From: Azolla caroliniana
Lineage: Eukaryota; Plantae; Polypodiophyta
Assembly (NCBI GenBank): GCA_043228905.1
Contig: JBHGNT010000002.1
Coordinates: 27,590,001 to 27,654,000, forward strand
Direction: 5' to 3'
Length of the DNA stretch: 64,000 bases
Part shown: one piece after another, positions 46,130 through 57,900 of the stretch
Numbering within the stretch: position 1 is the stretch's first letter
Layout of the letters: each line of letters starts with the position of its first letter
Notes under the pieces: generated by a model
Database searches by the model: none
Seen by the model: only the letters and a program-made list of their open reading frames with translations
What the model was told of the DNA's origin: nothing
Made by a program: the position numbers and the translations under genes

Positions 46130-46716
46130 CGTTGGAGTCCCAAACAAGGATGTCTCGAAGATCGTGTTGGGAATATGTCCCTCCAGTGGGAGGAAGAACC
46201 AACTGATCAGAAAGCTGACAATCAGGGAAGATTCGACTGTTCGGAAAGCCGACAGTCGAAGAGTCGAAAACAGTGAGTCGACCTCGGCCAAAACCGGAAT
46301 CGTGTATATAGCTAACTCGGGAGACTATAATTGTAAATAGTCTAAGAGTGCACCCCATGAGGGCTACGTATGTAAATAGCCAGAAAGTTGTGTAAGTATA
46401 TATATACAACTAGGGCAAACTTTATGTGTGTGCAGAGAACAGTGGGTGCAGAGAACAGTGTGTGTAGTAGAGAAAGAGAGTAAGAGTGTTTGTGTGAGCC
46501 GCGCCATAGCTGTGTGAATAACAACAGACGCGAAGAGCCATGTGCGGCTAAAACGCTCGACAGAGTGTTGTATTCCTCTCGGTGTTGTATATCCACTTTG
46601 TATAGTGAAGATTCTGTTCACCCGTGGTTTTCCCCATTTTAGGGTTTCCACGTAAATCGTTATGTACTACTGTTTTATCTTGTCTTTCGTGGCAGATCTA
46701 TGATTCGTATTTCAGC
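46130..46716 (+). mobile_element. Copia-type solo LTR-like sequence (ends approximate)
   Basis: Shares ttgtaaatag, TATA..ctagggcaaa and cccgtggttttt..agggtttccacg with the Copia LTRs at 37521 and 38215. No TSD found. Confidence 0.6.
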
Positions 46717-47000
46717 GCATTATTTGTCTATTGTGATTTATTCCACATCTATTTCTCTACAGATCGGCATGTAGCAGCAATGGTGTTTCTGATTGACAGA
46801 ATTTCATATTACGGTTGATTTCTGCCTTTAGTGATGATTAGGGTTTGTGTTTCCCTAAGTGGATTAGGGTTTCTGATCACAAATTTCAGATTACAAGTTT
46901 CTGGTTACAAATTTCTAATTACAAATTTCTGATTACTATCACAATGTGTTGTAATTTTGCATTACAATCAGAATTTGTAATTTTGCATTATCTGGAACAG

Positions 47001-48384
47001 GTTGCTCAACATGAGTTTGAAATTGAGGGGTCGTTGGATCCCTAACAGAAAATTCAAATGCAAACAAAGATTCAGGTTCTTTCAATGAACCTGGACCTTC
47101 TAGGTGTAAATATTGTCGTTGATTACAATTTGGACAAGCTACAAGTAAGTTAATGATTCTTGTTTCTTGACAGTTGTATCTTCCTCATTAAGGAATAATT
47201 AATCGGTAAATTTCTCGGCTGCGTTGAAGGGACAATACTCCCGTCAAGAACAAGTAGTTAGCTGCCTTAAGAAGCAGCTACATTTTATTGAGGGGATGGT
47301 AAGGAGCAGACAAGAATTGGACCTGAACATTCTTGCTCCCTTACCAAATGAAGGAGAACCAGGAAACGATATATTGATTGTTCAAGCACGTTGTATCACT
47401 TCCGGATTACGTGAAGAGGACAAATTTGCTACTCTGTTGGTTCACCTACAACCATGCCAGCACACATACCATATCGTTTGTTTTCAATATGCTTATCGCA
47501 TTGTTGCATTTTGTTTGGGGGATTGCAGTACAGCTCTCCCAGATGAGTGGAGAAAACTAACAGGTAAAATTGTTGCTTGTGACCATAGTGTAGCTAATTA
47601 GTTACATCTTTGTTAATTAGGTAAGCCATATAAAGTGTGGAAACTATTTCGCTGTTATGCTTGTAGTGTAGTAGCTAATTAGCTAACATTTAGTTAATTA
47701 GCTAAGTGGTAGCTAATTAGCTACTACCATACTTTAGCGAAGTAGCTAATTAGGTAAGTGGTAGCTAATTAGCTACTACCATAGTTTAATACAGTAGCTA
47801 AGATGTAGCTAATTAGTGACCATGTTGTTGTAGAATCTTGTGGATTAAGGAGGGCGCATGAGGTGTCTAGTGCTGATGAAGCTACAACCGATGAGGGAAT
47901 AGCTGCCAACGTGACTGAAAGTAAGAGTCTTGCTATCACATCTCCTTCAGATCAGCTCCACCCTATTCTCTTGGAAGATGGTACTAAATTGGGCAACGAT
48001 GTGAAAAGCCATGAAATATTGGAAACAACATGTAAATCTGAGGTTCACAACAATAGTGTTTTCGAACACTTGATGCAACATTTCTTCGAATTCCAAAACC
48101 TTGATTCTACCCCATCGAGCCCAACTACTGATAATGTCCAAACAAATCCCATTGTACTGGAAAAGCTAGCGCAAGACGCGGCTCACCTGCAAGCCACTGT
48201 TGAGGTGATGGAAAGGTTGTCGGAGGAGGACACACTTGCGCAATGGGTCAAAGAAGCAAGGCTAAATGGGGAACCGGCTAGAAAAAGGCTAAAGAAAGGG
48301 CCACGATTGGGGACAAGACCAGTTATTCGGTCAAGGGGCTCTTGCATTGGAGCGAAATACTTATTAGTGGGATATGATTGTTAG
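47001..48384 (+). pseudogene. Spliced gene remnant of unknown function inside the TIR element
   Basis: AG/GT-bounded exon-like blocks at about 47001-47144, 47230-47562 and 47834-48384. One in-frame stop. Basic C-terminal PARKRLKKGPR. Confidence 0.4.
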
Positions 48385-48604
48385 CGATTTTCCTAGGGTT
48401 TTATGAAGTTTTACTATGATCTATTTGGACAAGTAAAACCTCAGACTGGTTGTTGCTTGATCCACATTGTGTAATGGAACTCTATGATGTTTCTCCAAGA
48501 TAATTATGTTCATGTTGTTCTCTGATGGAAAATATTTCATGTTCATTATGTTGTTTTGTGAGATTGTTAGTTACTTTGTGAATGTGAATATGTTGGTGTT
48601 TTCT

Positions 48605-49570
48605 TATGTTAATTAGCTACTACCATAGTTTATTAGCTACCACTTAGGTAATTAGCTACTACCATAGTTTACTACAGTAGCTAATTAGCTACTACCATAG
48701 TGTAGTACAGTAGCTAATTAGCTAAGTGGTAGCTAATTAGCTACTACCATACCTTAGCTGAGTAGCTAATTAGGTAAGTGGTAGCTAATTAGCTACTACC
48801 ATACCTTAGCTGAGTAGCTAATTAGGTAAGTGGTAGCTAATTAGCTACTACCATAGTTTAGTACAGTAGCTAATTAGCTACCACTTAGCTAATTAGATAC
48901 TGCCATAGTTTAGTACAATAGCTAATTAGCTAAGTGATAGCTAATTAGCTACTACCATACTTTAGTTGAGTAGCTAATTACCTAAGTGGTAGCTAATTAG
49001 CTACTACCATAGTTTTGTACAATAGCTAATTAGCTAAGTGGTAGCTAATTAGTTACTAGCATACTTTAGCTGAGTAGCTAATTAGCTACTACCATAGTTT
49101 AGTCCAGTGGCTAATTAGCTAAATGGTAGTTAATTAGTTACTACCAATTAATTAGCTATTCTGGTAGCTAATTAGCTATCCTAGCACCTAATTAGCTATT
49201 CTAGTAGCTAATTAGCTATCCGTCAAATAATTAGCTAAATAGTTATGCTCATATTCTTAGGTAGCTAATTAATTATTCTAGTAGGGGATTAGCTATTCTG
49301 GTAGCTAATTAGCTATAGTCATAAGCAGCTAATTAGCTAGTCTGGTAGCTAAATAGCTATTGTTATAGGCACCTAATTAGCTATTGTGGTAGCTAAATAG
49401 CTATGAATGGTAGCTAATTAGCTATTCTAGTAGCTAAATAGCTATGTTTGATATTCTTAGGGAGCTAATTAGCTATTACTAGTAGCTAGTTGGCTATGGT
49501 CATATTCTGAGGTAGCTAATTAGCTATTTGGGTATGGTCATATTCGGAGGTAGCTAATAAGCTAACTAAC
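48605..49570. repeat. Array of the 14-bp palindrome TAGCTAATTAGCTA
   Basis: Dozens of copies with short spacers. Smaller clusters at 45659-45712, 47590-47817 and 51620-51666. Confidence 0.95.
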
Positions 49571-49611
49571 TAAGCTCAAAACTCAAAACAAATGTTGAGA
49601 TAAATGTAAAT

Positions 49612-50330
49612 AGTTGAGGTACATCTAGAAGATGAATGGGATGCTCCTCGTATTGACTCCTTCCAACACGTTTCCTGCATAAATCCTTCTTATTGGGTGA
49701 AACCCTACTCTCATTAGTTCAAAATATTGTGATTATATCCTTGATTTTTTATGTTATGGGTGTCATTGGCTTACATCTTGTTGTTAGCTTTAGTAGACTA
49801 GTTCCTTCACCCGAGCAAACTATCCGGTTCAATGTATTGTACACACTTGTTCTACTAACACCAATTACCTTAGATAGCACATTGATGTTAATATCATCAA
49901 CATCACTATTAAGTAACATCATTAGACTAGACCTTTTTAAGACAAGACCATCTTCTGACTTGCTCATGGATACAAAACTATTACAGAGATTATTTACTAG
50001 TACAGATGTTATGTTTGCATTAAGACCATCACAATCAACTAACTCCTTTATCGATGGATCATTTAATATTCCATAAAGTACTACCTTCTTGTCTTCATTG
50101 TTGATGCCCTTGGTTTGAACATTGAAATAGTCTACAACCTTTCTCTCTATGATAGTAGTTTCATTACTTCCATTCTGAGTGATATTTAGACCTATATCCC
50201 AACCAATACTATCTTTACCTTTAGTGAATGTGGCTTTCGTATCCTTCAACAATTAACGATGTTTTCTTTTTTTCTACCCAATACTTTCATATCTCTTGTT
50301 GTGCCCTGATAGCATCATCCCTATCCCGAT
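49612..50330 (-). pseudogene. Truncated transposase-like N-terminal region
   Basis: HTH-like LSKVIGVSRTSVY. Reading through two stops continues IF*TNESRVSPNKKDLCRKRVGRSQYEEHPIHLLDVPQ. No catalytic domain is present. Confidence 0.4.
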
Positions 50331-50509
50331 GATCATTGAGGGGTAATTCTAAACACCATCCTTCCCCTTCCATTTGGCTTAACGGGTTTAAACCCTAATT
50401 TTCCCGAAAAAAGACATGTATTAAAGATGGCTATGGGCAACAACAATACACAAAAGAATTCCACAACACACAAGATTATACACAAGATAATCAATAGACA
50501 AAATAGTTA

Positions 50510-51420
50510 TTGAAATCCAAGACTGAACAGTGGCAATAATCCAGGGCCGAATAGTGGCGGCAACTAAGTGTAGAATGGCGGTAGTGGAGGAGTGAACTCT
50601 GTTTGATGGAACAATTTTGCCAATCCAGGACCAAACAATGGCGGCAACTGAGTGTAGAATGATGGCAATGGAGGAGTGAATTCCGTCGGATCGAACAGTG
50701 GCAAATGATACTTGGAACGCGTAGTGACGACAACTAAGAGTACAATGGCAGCAAAGGAGAAGGAGTGAACTCCTTCGGTCCATCGAAAAGTGGCAGCAAT
50801 ACACGACCGAACAGTAGCGGCAACTAAGTGTAGAATGATGGCAATGGATGAGTGAACTCTGTCAAATCGAAAAGTGGTAGCAATCCAGGACCGAATAGTA
50901 GCGGTAACTGAGTGTAGAATGATGGCAATGGAGGAGTGAACTCCATCAGATCGAATAGTGACAGATGATGCTTGGAACGCGCAGTGACGGCAAATGAGAA
51001 TAGAATGGCGGCAGTGGAGAAGGAGTTAACTCCGTCAGATTGAACAGTAGCAGCAATATACGACCTTCACAGTAGTGGCAACTGAGTGTAGAGTGGCGGC
51101 AATGGAGGAGTGAATTTGGCAGATAATGCTTGGATTGAACAGTGGTGGCAACTAAGTGTAGAATGGCGGCAATGGAGGAGTGAACTTGGTAGATGATGCT
51201 TGGACTGAACAATGGCAGCAATTGAGTGTAGAATGGCGGCAATGGAGGAGTGAACTTCGTCGGATCGAACAGTGGCAGATTATACTTGGACTGAACAGTG
51301 GCGGCAATTGAGTGTAGAATGGCAGCAATGGAGGAGTGAACTTCGTCGGATCGAACAGTGGCAGATTATACTTGGACCACACAATGTCGGTAACTGAGTG
51401 TAGAATGGCGGCAATAGCGG
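50510..51420. repeat. Composite tandem repeat (core agtggcggcaactgagtgtagaatggcggcaatggaggagtgaact)
   Basis: About a dozen degenerate copies with a 60-120 bp period. Confidence 0.9.
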
Positions 51421-54400
51421 AGTAGACTCAATAGGGTTTAGCAACAGTAGTAGTAATCTAAGCCAGAATATTCAATCAAAGATGGCCCACGTGATGTGGC
51501 AAAGGATCATGCATAATGGACCTAGGAATTCGGTATATAGGTTATGGTGCACATATCAATTTATGTTGCACGTTTATGGTGCTCATTTATATAATTAAAA
51601 CTCTCTACTATTTTCAATGGTAGCTTTTTGCATAGCTAATTAGCTATGTCAAGGACATAGCTAATTGTTTCCACTCGCATGCTTTCACCGTTCAACCTTT
51701 TGGAACTATCATTTTTTCTAAGCCTAAATTTGTAAATAATTTTAATTTTAATTTTCGAGGGTTTTTTTTAGTAGAGAAAAAGAAAATAATTATGTAAATA
51801 TTGAAACATAGATAACCATTTATCCATGGGCAATAATGATAATTAGTATTTACTATATAGTATTCAAATTCCAAGTATCTTTGCATTCAACATCAATGGT
51901 GTTCAAGTATTCGATGTATTCAACGTATTCAACAATGTATTCAACATATTAAAAACGTACTCAACGTATTCAAGTTACGTATTTTACCTTTAAATACGTA
52001 TTCTAAGAACTTATAATAAAAAATTAGAATACTTATAAAATACGTAACATATGTATTGTACACGTACAATATGCTACGTATGTTACAACCATGGTATCAC
52101 TACAACAACAAGGATCAAGCTCTCAAGGGACTCACAAAGAACCCAAGATCAGACTTCCTATGAAATTTGATGGGACCCGATCACAGTTCAGAGGTTTTCT
52201 TAATCAGGTATGCTTAGTGATTCAAATGCATCCTTCTTGATATCCCATTGATGCATCACGAGTGGGACTAGTAGGCACACTACTTAGGCACGGCTTTGGC
52301 ATGGTTCACCCCCTTGTTAGAAAAAAACTCTCCATTGTTAAATAATTTCGAAGAGTTTATTAGCGAGTTTAAAGCCTACTTTGGAGATACCGACACTGTT
52401 AGTACGGAAATCAACAAAATCCGAAGATTGCGCCAAGGTGAGCGACCGGCCTTGGCTTATGCTGCGGATTTCCGTCTTCTCGCCAGCGATATTCCCTAGG
52501 ATGACCAAGCATTAATGGAGCAATTTCATTTTGGCCTACATAATGATGTCAAGGATTTACTCTTAACAAGAGTCAAAGTCATTGACAGAAGCAATCAGTC
52601 GCGCGGTGCGATGTGATAACCGCCTTTTCAAACGACGTTCGGAACGTCAGTTCCAAATGCCAAGGACAAGATCAAAGCCCACCTACGCCTCAATTGTAGT
52701 AAAACCTTTTCCAAGGGAGTCATATAATGTGTCTCCAGCAAATACTCCAACTCCGATGGAAATCGACACCACACGTCGTTGTGGACCATTATCGAAAGAG
52801 GAAAAGCAGCGACGTCGAGCAAATCGACTATGGCTCTATTGTGGTGGACCATGGCATATTGTGGTGAATTGTCCCCATAGGCCAAGAAGACAAGTAAACC
52901 AAATAGTCGTTAGTTCTAATTGTACTAAACCCGAGTCTGTTTCAGTAGGAATATCTGATAGTCCTAATAGTACTAATAGCCCAAGCCTTTCAAACATATT
53001 TGAAGTCCTTAGTCAACTAGAAGAAGAGTTAAATGATTAAGTCCAACCAAAATAGGAGTCGTTTGGTTGAACAACCCTAGATCTGTGCAAGCCATTAGTG
53101 GTCCAACCAAAATAGGAGTCAACTCTTGCTTTATGGATAGGAATTTTGCCCAAGCTCATCAGATATCCCTAAGAAAACTTTCTTGCCCAGCATCTGTAGT
53201 AGTTATTGATGGTCATCCCATTGCTTCCGGAAAAATCATAGAAGAGTCAGAGCCGATTCATGTTGATCTAGATAACTTGGTGTGTGTAGTATCATTTAAT
53301 ATAATTAGTAGTCCAAACCATCCAATCGTCTTGGGGTTACCATGGTTCGAATTACATAACACATAGATTGGAGAACAAGAGAAATCTGGGGATCTACTCA
53401 TAGGATTGCAACCATTTCGCTACGTCAATTGCATGAGGAAGGACGCAAGGAAGCAATGTTTGTCTTCGCAGTATCAGTAAAACCTTCCGAAACCACTAAA
53501 GAGGAATCCATAGTTCAACTTCCAGAGAATTATCATCATTATGCCGATGTGTTCGATAAGGTACAAGCCAATATGCTTCCTCACCACGGACCATATGATT
53601 GCCCCATTGATTTACAACCAGAAAAAGAGCCACCATGGGGCCTGATCTACAACTTGTCACCAACCAACCTAGAAGTCCTTCGAGTCTATATAGAGGAGAA
53701 TTTGGCAAACGATTTTATTCAACATTCAAAATCTCTAGCCTGCGTACCCATATTCTTTGTCAAGAAAAAGGATGGATCACTTCGTCTCGTTGTAGATTAC
53801 CGTGGCTTGAATAAGGTCACCATCAGGAATAGGTAAGCACTCCTCCTTATCTCAAGTCTTTTAGAATGGATCAACGGTGCAAGGTTCTTCACAAAGATCA
53901 ACTTATGAGGAGCATATAACCTCGTACAGATCCAAACAAGAGATAGAATGGAAGACCGCATTTCGCACCATATGTGGGCACTTCGAGTATACAGTCATGT
54001 CATTCAGTCTCACTAATGCACCGGCAGTCTTCCAGCACATGGCAAATGATATATTCTAAGATCTCTTGGATGTTTGTTTGATCATCTATTTGGATGATCT
54101 ACTGTTTTATGCAAAGACCCAAGAAGACCATGATTCTCATGAATTGTTAGTACTAAAACGCCTTCGAGAACATGGTCTTTATGCAAAACTAGAAAAATGT
54201 AGTTTCGAGTGCAACTAGGTGGAATTTCTAGGCTATGTCATCTCCTCGGAAGGCATCTCTATGGATCCAGCTAAGGTCAAAATTGTGATAGAGTGGCAAA
54301 CTCTACATTCGTTGTGAGATGTGCAATGCTTTTTAGGCTTTGCCAATTTTTACCGCAAGTTTATACAAGATTACTCAAAGCTTATTTTGCCTCTCACACA

Positions 54401-54974
54401 GCTTACCAAGAAGGGGCAGTCGTTTGTTTGGTCTAAAAAAGCGGACATGGCTTTTGAAAGTCTTAAGAAGGCATTCACATCAACGCCAATTCTAGCTCAT
54501 GTTGATACAGCAAAACCTTTCATCATTGAGGCAAACGTGTCGGATTTCCCCTTGGGTAACATTCTCTCACAACCAGGTGACGATGAAAAGCTACATCTTG
54601 TGGCTTTCCACTCACGCAAGTTTGACGCCGCCGAAAGCAACTATGAAATTCACGATAAAGAGCTATTGGCAATAGTGGACTCTTTTATGCAATGGAGGCA
54701 TTTTCTAGAGGGATCTTCTCATCAAGTCACCGTATTCAATGATCACAAAAATCTTGCCTACTTCCATAATGCTCGTGTATTAAATCGACGTCAGGCTCGG
54801 TGGTCTCAATTCCTCACTCGTTTCGACTTCAAAATTACATATCGTCCTGGGAAGCAGCAAGGGAAGGCAGATGCATTATCACGGAGCTCGTATCTAGCAC
54901 CGCGTCCCGGTGAGCCAACATTCGATAACCAAAAACAAGTAATCCTGGGACCGGCACGATTGCAAGCAACGCGG

Positions 54975-57900
54975 TGTCACGTTACTATGCGTGTGCGTGG
55001 AGAAACGAGGCGGGACCACCAGGGTCTTGAACCAAAGAGCAGGTGATAGAAGGGGAAAGAGAAAGAGAGAGACGCTCGGTTACGTATGAGCAAAGAAACA
55101 CAGGGACACGGCCCTGTCAACGCAGAAGACACGAACGGACATAGAGATAGAGAGACACGAATGTTTGTATATTAATGAATGGCAAATTAACAACAGAGCA
55201 CGCGAGCGGTTACAACCGAACAAGCGGGCGAACAGATGTTGATGCCTGCTCGTCTACGCACGAAAGGGGATAGGATGGAGGTGCTGCCGGAAGCACACGG
55301 GCGTTCCTCGAGGCAGCGCGAGCCTCCTGAAAACCTACAGAGAAGAGCAATAGAGAACAAACAGAGGAGAAGCGTTCGGTTACGGTCCGACAGCACTTCG
55401 TCCTCCTCAATGCGCGATCCCCTTCTCCCCCGCGTCTCCCTCTCCTTTATAGCTTCAAGAAGGGAGCCGTTTCCCTCATTGACTTCCTACCTACCGAATC
55501 TAACTACCTAAGATATGCCTTTGTACTTAATTCTCTATTATATACATTAAGGGCGCGCACGCGTGAAGAGCCGGTTCATGCACGCTATGCACCGATTGCT
55601 CTAAGGGACAGTTTTCTTCACGACATCCGCCCCCACCTAACCGCACATCCACCGGTATGCGCCAAAATTGGGTTCTGGTTGGAGGAAACCGGTCCGGGTT
55701 CTGGTTCCTCGTCCATTGGTTCGTCCTCTGTCTCGGACTGTTCGTCGTCGTTGTCCAGGCCTCTTAGATTTGGTTCGCCGTCGTGGCGCTTCTTAAACGC
55801 TTTGATCTGCTTCCCTGCTACCGGTATCGTCATCCTCGTACCGTCGAGTTCTGCCAGGTGATACGTCCCGTTGTCGTTGGCACTCGTTACCACGTAAGGC
55901 CCGAACCACCGCTTTGCAAACTTCTGTGTTGCTCGGTGCTAGTTGTCGAGGCTGCTGTCGTAGACTAACACCCAGTCGCCTTCCTCGATTTTCTTTGTTG
56001 GAGCCGGTGCGTTCGGTCGAACCGGGCTTTGTTCCTCATCCTCGTCGTCCGAAGTCTCTCCGCCGCTCGTTCCACGTCCTCTGGCCTCCGCTCGAGCTGC
56101 CGTATACGCGCCGCTAGCAGTTCTTCCCGACTCATCTCGTCTCTCCAGTCCACTGTCGCCCAAGAGGAGATCGTCCGTTCCATCGGCATGATCGGCTTAT
56201 GTCCGAACATGAGCTTTGACGGCATGAACCCGGTTACCGAACTGTGCGTTGTCCGGTCCGCCCACAAGGCATAGGGTAACAGTCGGGGCCAGTTCCCGAC
56301 CTGGCCTCCGCATGCCCGGACTAGCGCTTTGACGATCGGTTCGTGTCCGCGCTCCACCTTCCCGTTCGCCTCCGGATTGTACGCAGTGGTGAGCGAGAGC
56401 TTGACCCCTAACCGGTCGAACAACTCCTCGGCCTCTTCGGCATCCAACTCCCCACGGTCAGTCACGATCTTCCTGACGCACCCGTACCGGCATATCACGT
56501 CCTCGATCAGGAACCGACACACGGCCGCGGTCGTTTTGTTCTGCAGGGCTCGGCCTTCCACCTGGTTCGTCAGGTCCTCCTGGGCCAGCACCAGATATCG
56601 CATCTGCCCTACGCCCATCGGCATCGTCACCAAATCTACCATCCATTTGAAGTGGATGGCCGAAGGGTATGTAGGGTGAAGCTCGTCCCGATGTCGGACT
56701 ATGGAGTGTATCTGACAGCTCTCACAAGTTGTCACGAACCAATGCACGTCCCGGTACAGAACCGGCCACCATTACTTCCCCTTTAGTTTCTCGAACGTGG
56801 CCCACGTCCCACGGTGTCCAGCCCAGGGGCTGTCGTGGTAGGCCTTCAGCAACTCCTCCTGTTCCTCCTTCATCGCCACTACTCGGAGCGGGATGTCGTT
56901 TCTCTTCTTCGGGTGCTTCCACAAGTATCCGTCCCGGAGAAAGAATCGGTACGCTTTCTTCCGGATCCGGTTGGCCTCTTCCTTTGTCCATGACGCGTCC
57001 GGCGTCATCGTCCTTAAGAATCCCCCAACCTGCAGCCATTCCCCGTTATACTTGCTCTCGTCGAAATCGTTAAGCGTCGGAGTGCTCCCTCCCTCGGTTG
57101 TTACGTAGGCCGCCTCGAAGAAGTCTACGCCGACTTCCTCGTCCTCCGAAACTATGCCGCCCTCGTCGTCGAATCGCGCCCTCGAAAGCATGTCGGCCAT
57201 GGCATTGTCTTTCCCGGAAATGTGTCGTATTTCCGGATCCAGGAACTTGATGTACGTTATCCACCTGAGCATTGCCAGGTCCGGGGTTGCGCATCCGGAA
57301 ACCATGCCGAGAATCGGCAGGCAGTCCGTCTCGATAATCACCTCTGTCCCGATCAGATAGTCTTTATCGGCCTTCACCGCCGAAACGATACCCCAGAGTT
57401 CGCGTTTAACCTGGGCGTATCCTCGCTGAGGACCTTCGTGCCGAACCGGATTGGGAACCGAATGTCGTCCTCATCTTCTTGGTTGACGACCCATCCGATC
57501 CCGGTTGGACTCGTATCTACCGTCATGTAGATGGGAGTACCTTTCTCGTAGACAGCCTTCCGGAGTGCCGGAGCTGCACCAAGAGCCTCCTTCATCTTTC
57601 GAATCGACTCCGCATGCTCGTCTCGCCACTCGAATTTTCGCCCCTTTTTCAGCAACCCGTATAGCGGCTCGGCAACGTGGGCGTAATGCGGGATCCATAT
57701 GTGGTAGAACGCGCATGCTCCCAAGAACCTCCGTACCTCCGTGACCAAGTTACAATCCAGCTTCATTGCGGAGATGGCTTCCACCTTAGCCGGAGACGGT
57801 TTCCGGGCATACGGTCCGCATAGATGTCCAACGACCATGATCTCTGATTGCCCGAAGGCCGATTTCTCCCCGAAGAAGGTGAGCCTCGCGTCCTCTAGCC

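Larger units (their letters stand above)
45628..51690. mobile_element. Unclassified TIR DNA transposon, about 6.1 kb
   Basis: Perfect 20-bp inverted repeat aaagcatgcgagtggaaaca (45633-52 and 51666-85). Possible 4-bp TSD ctca/ttca. Subterminal TAGCTAATTAGCTA palindromes. Confidence 0.75.
45553..52093. mobile_element. hAT-like MITE (about 480 bp net) with 8-bp TSD GTATCACT, split by a larger TIR element
   Basis: gtatcact at 45545-52 and 52094-101. Ends are CATTGTCATTAA and rc CATGGTTGTAA, with subterminal acgtattc repeats. The gag sequence joins across the site. Confidence 0.75.
44819..54974 (+). mobile_element. Decayed Tf1/Tcn1-like Ty3/gypsy (LTR about 44819-45288; gag from 45362; PR-RT-RH to 54974), remainder displaced beyond the window
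   Basis: TGTCATGA..TCCTGACA ends, TATA at 45004, gag EPKIRLPMKFDG..FRGF and [31 protein letters not shown] and IYLDD, RH NYEIHDKELLAI..DHKNL..RRQARW. Confidence 0.8.

Noticed and set aside
48605-51420. CRISPR-like appearance of the palindromic and modular arrays
   Set aside because: The spacers are themselves repetitive and variable in length, there are no cas genes, and the context is a eukaryotic TE.
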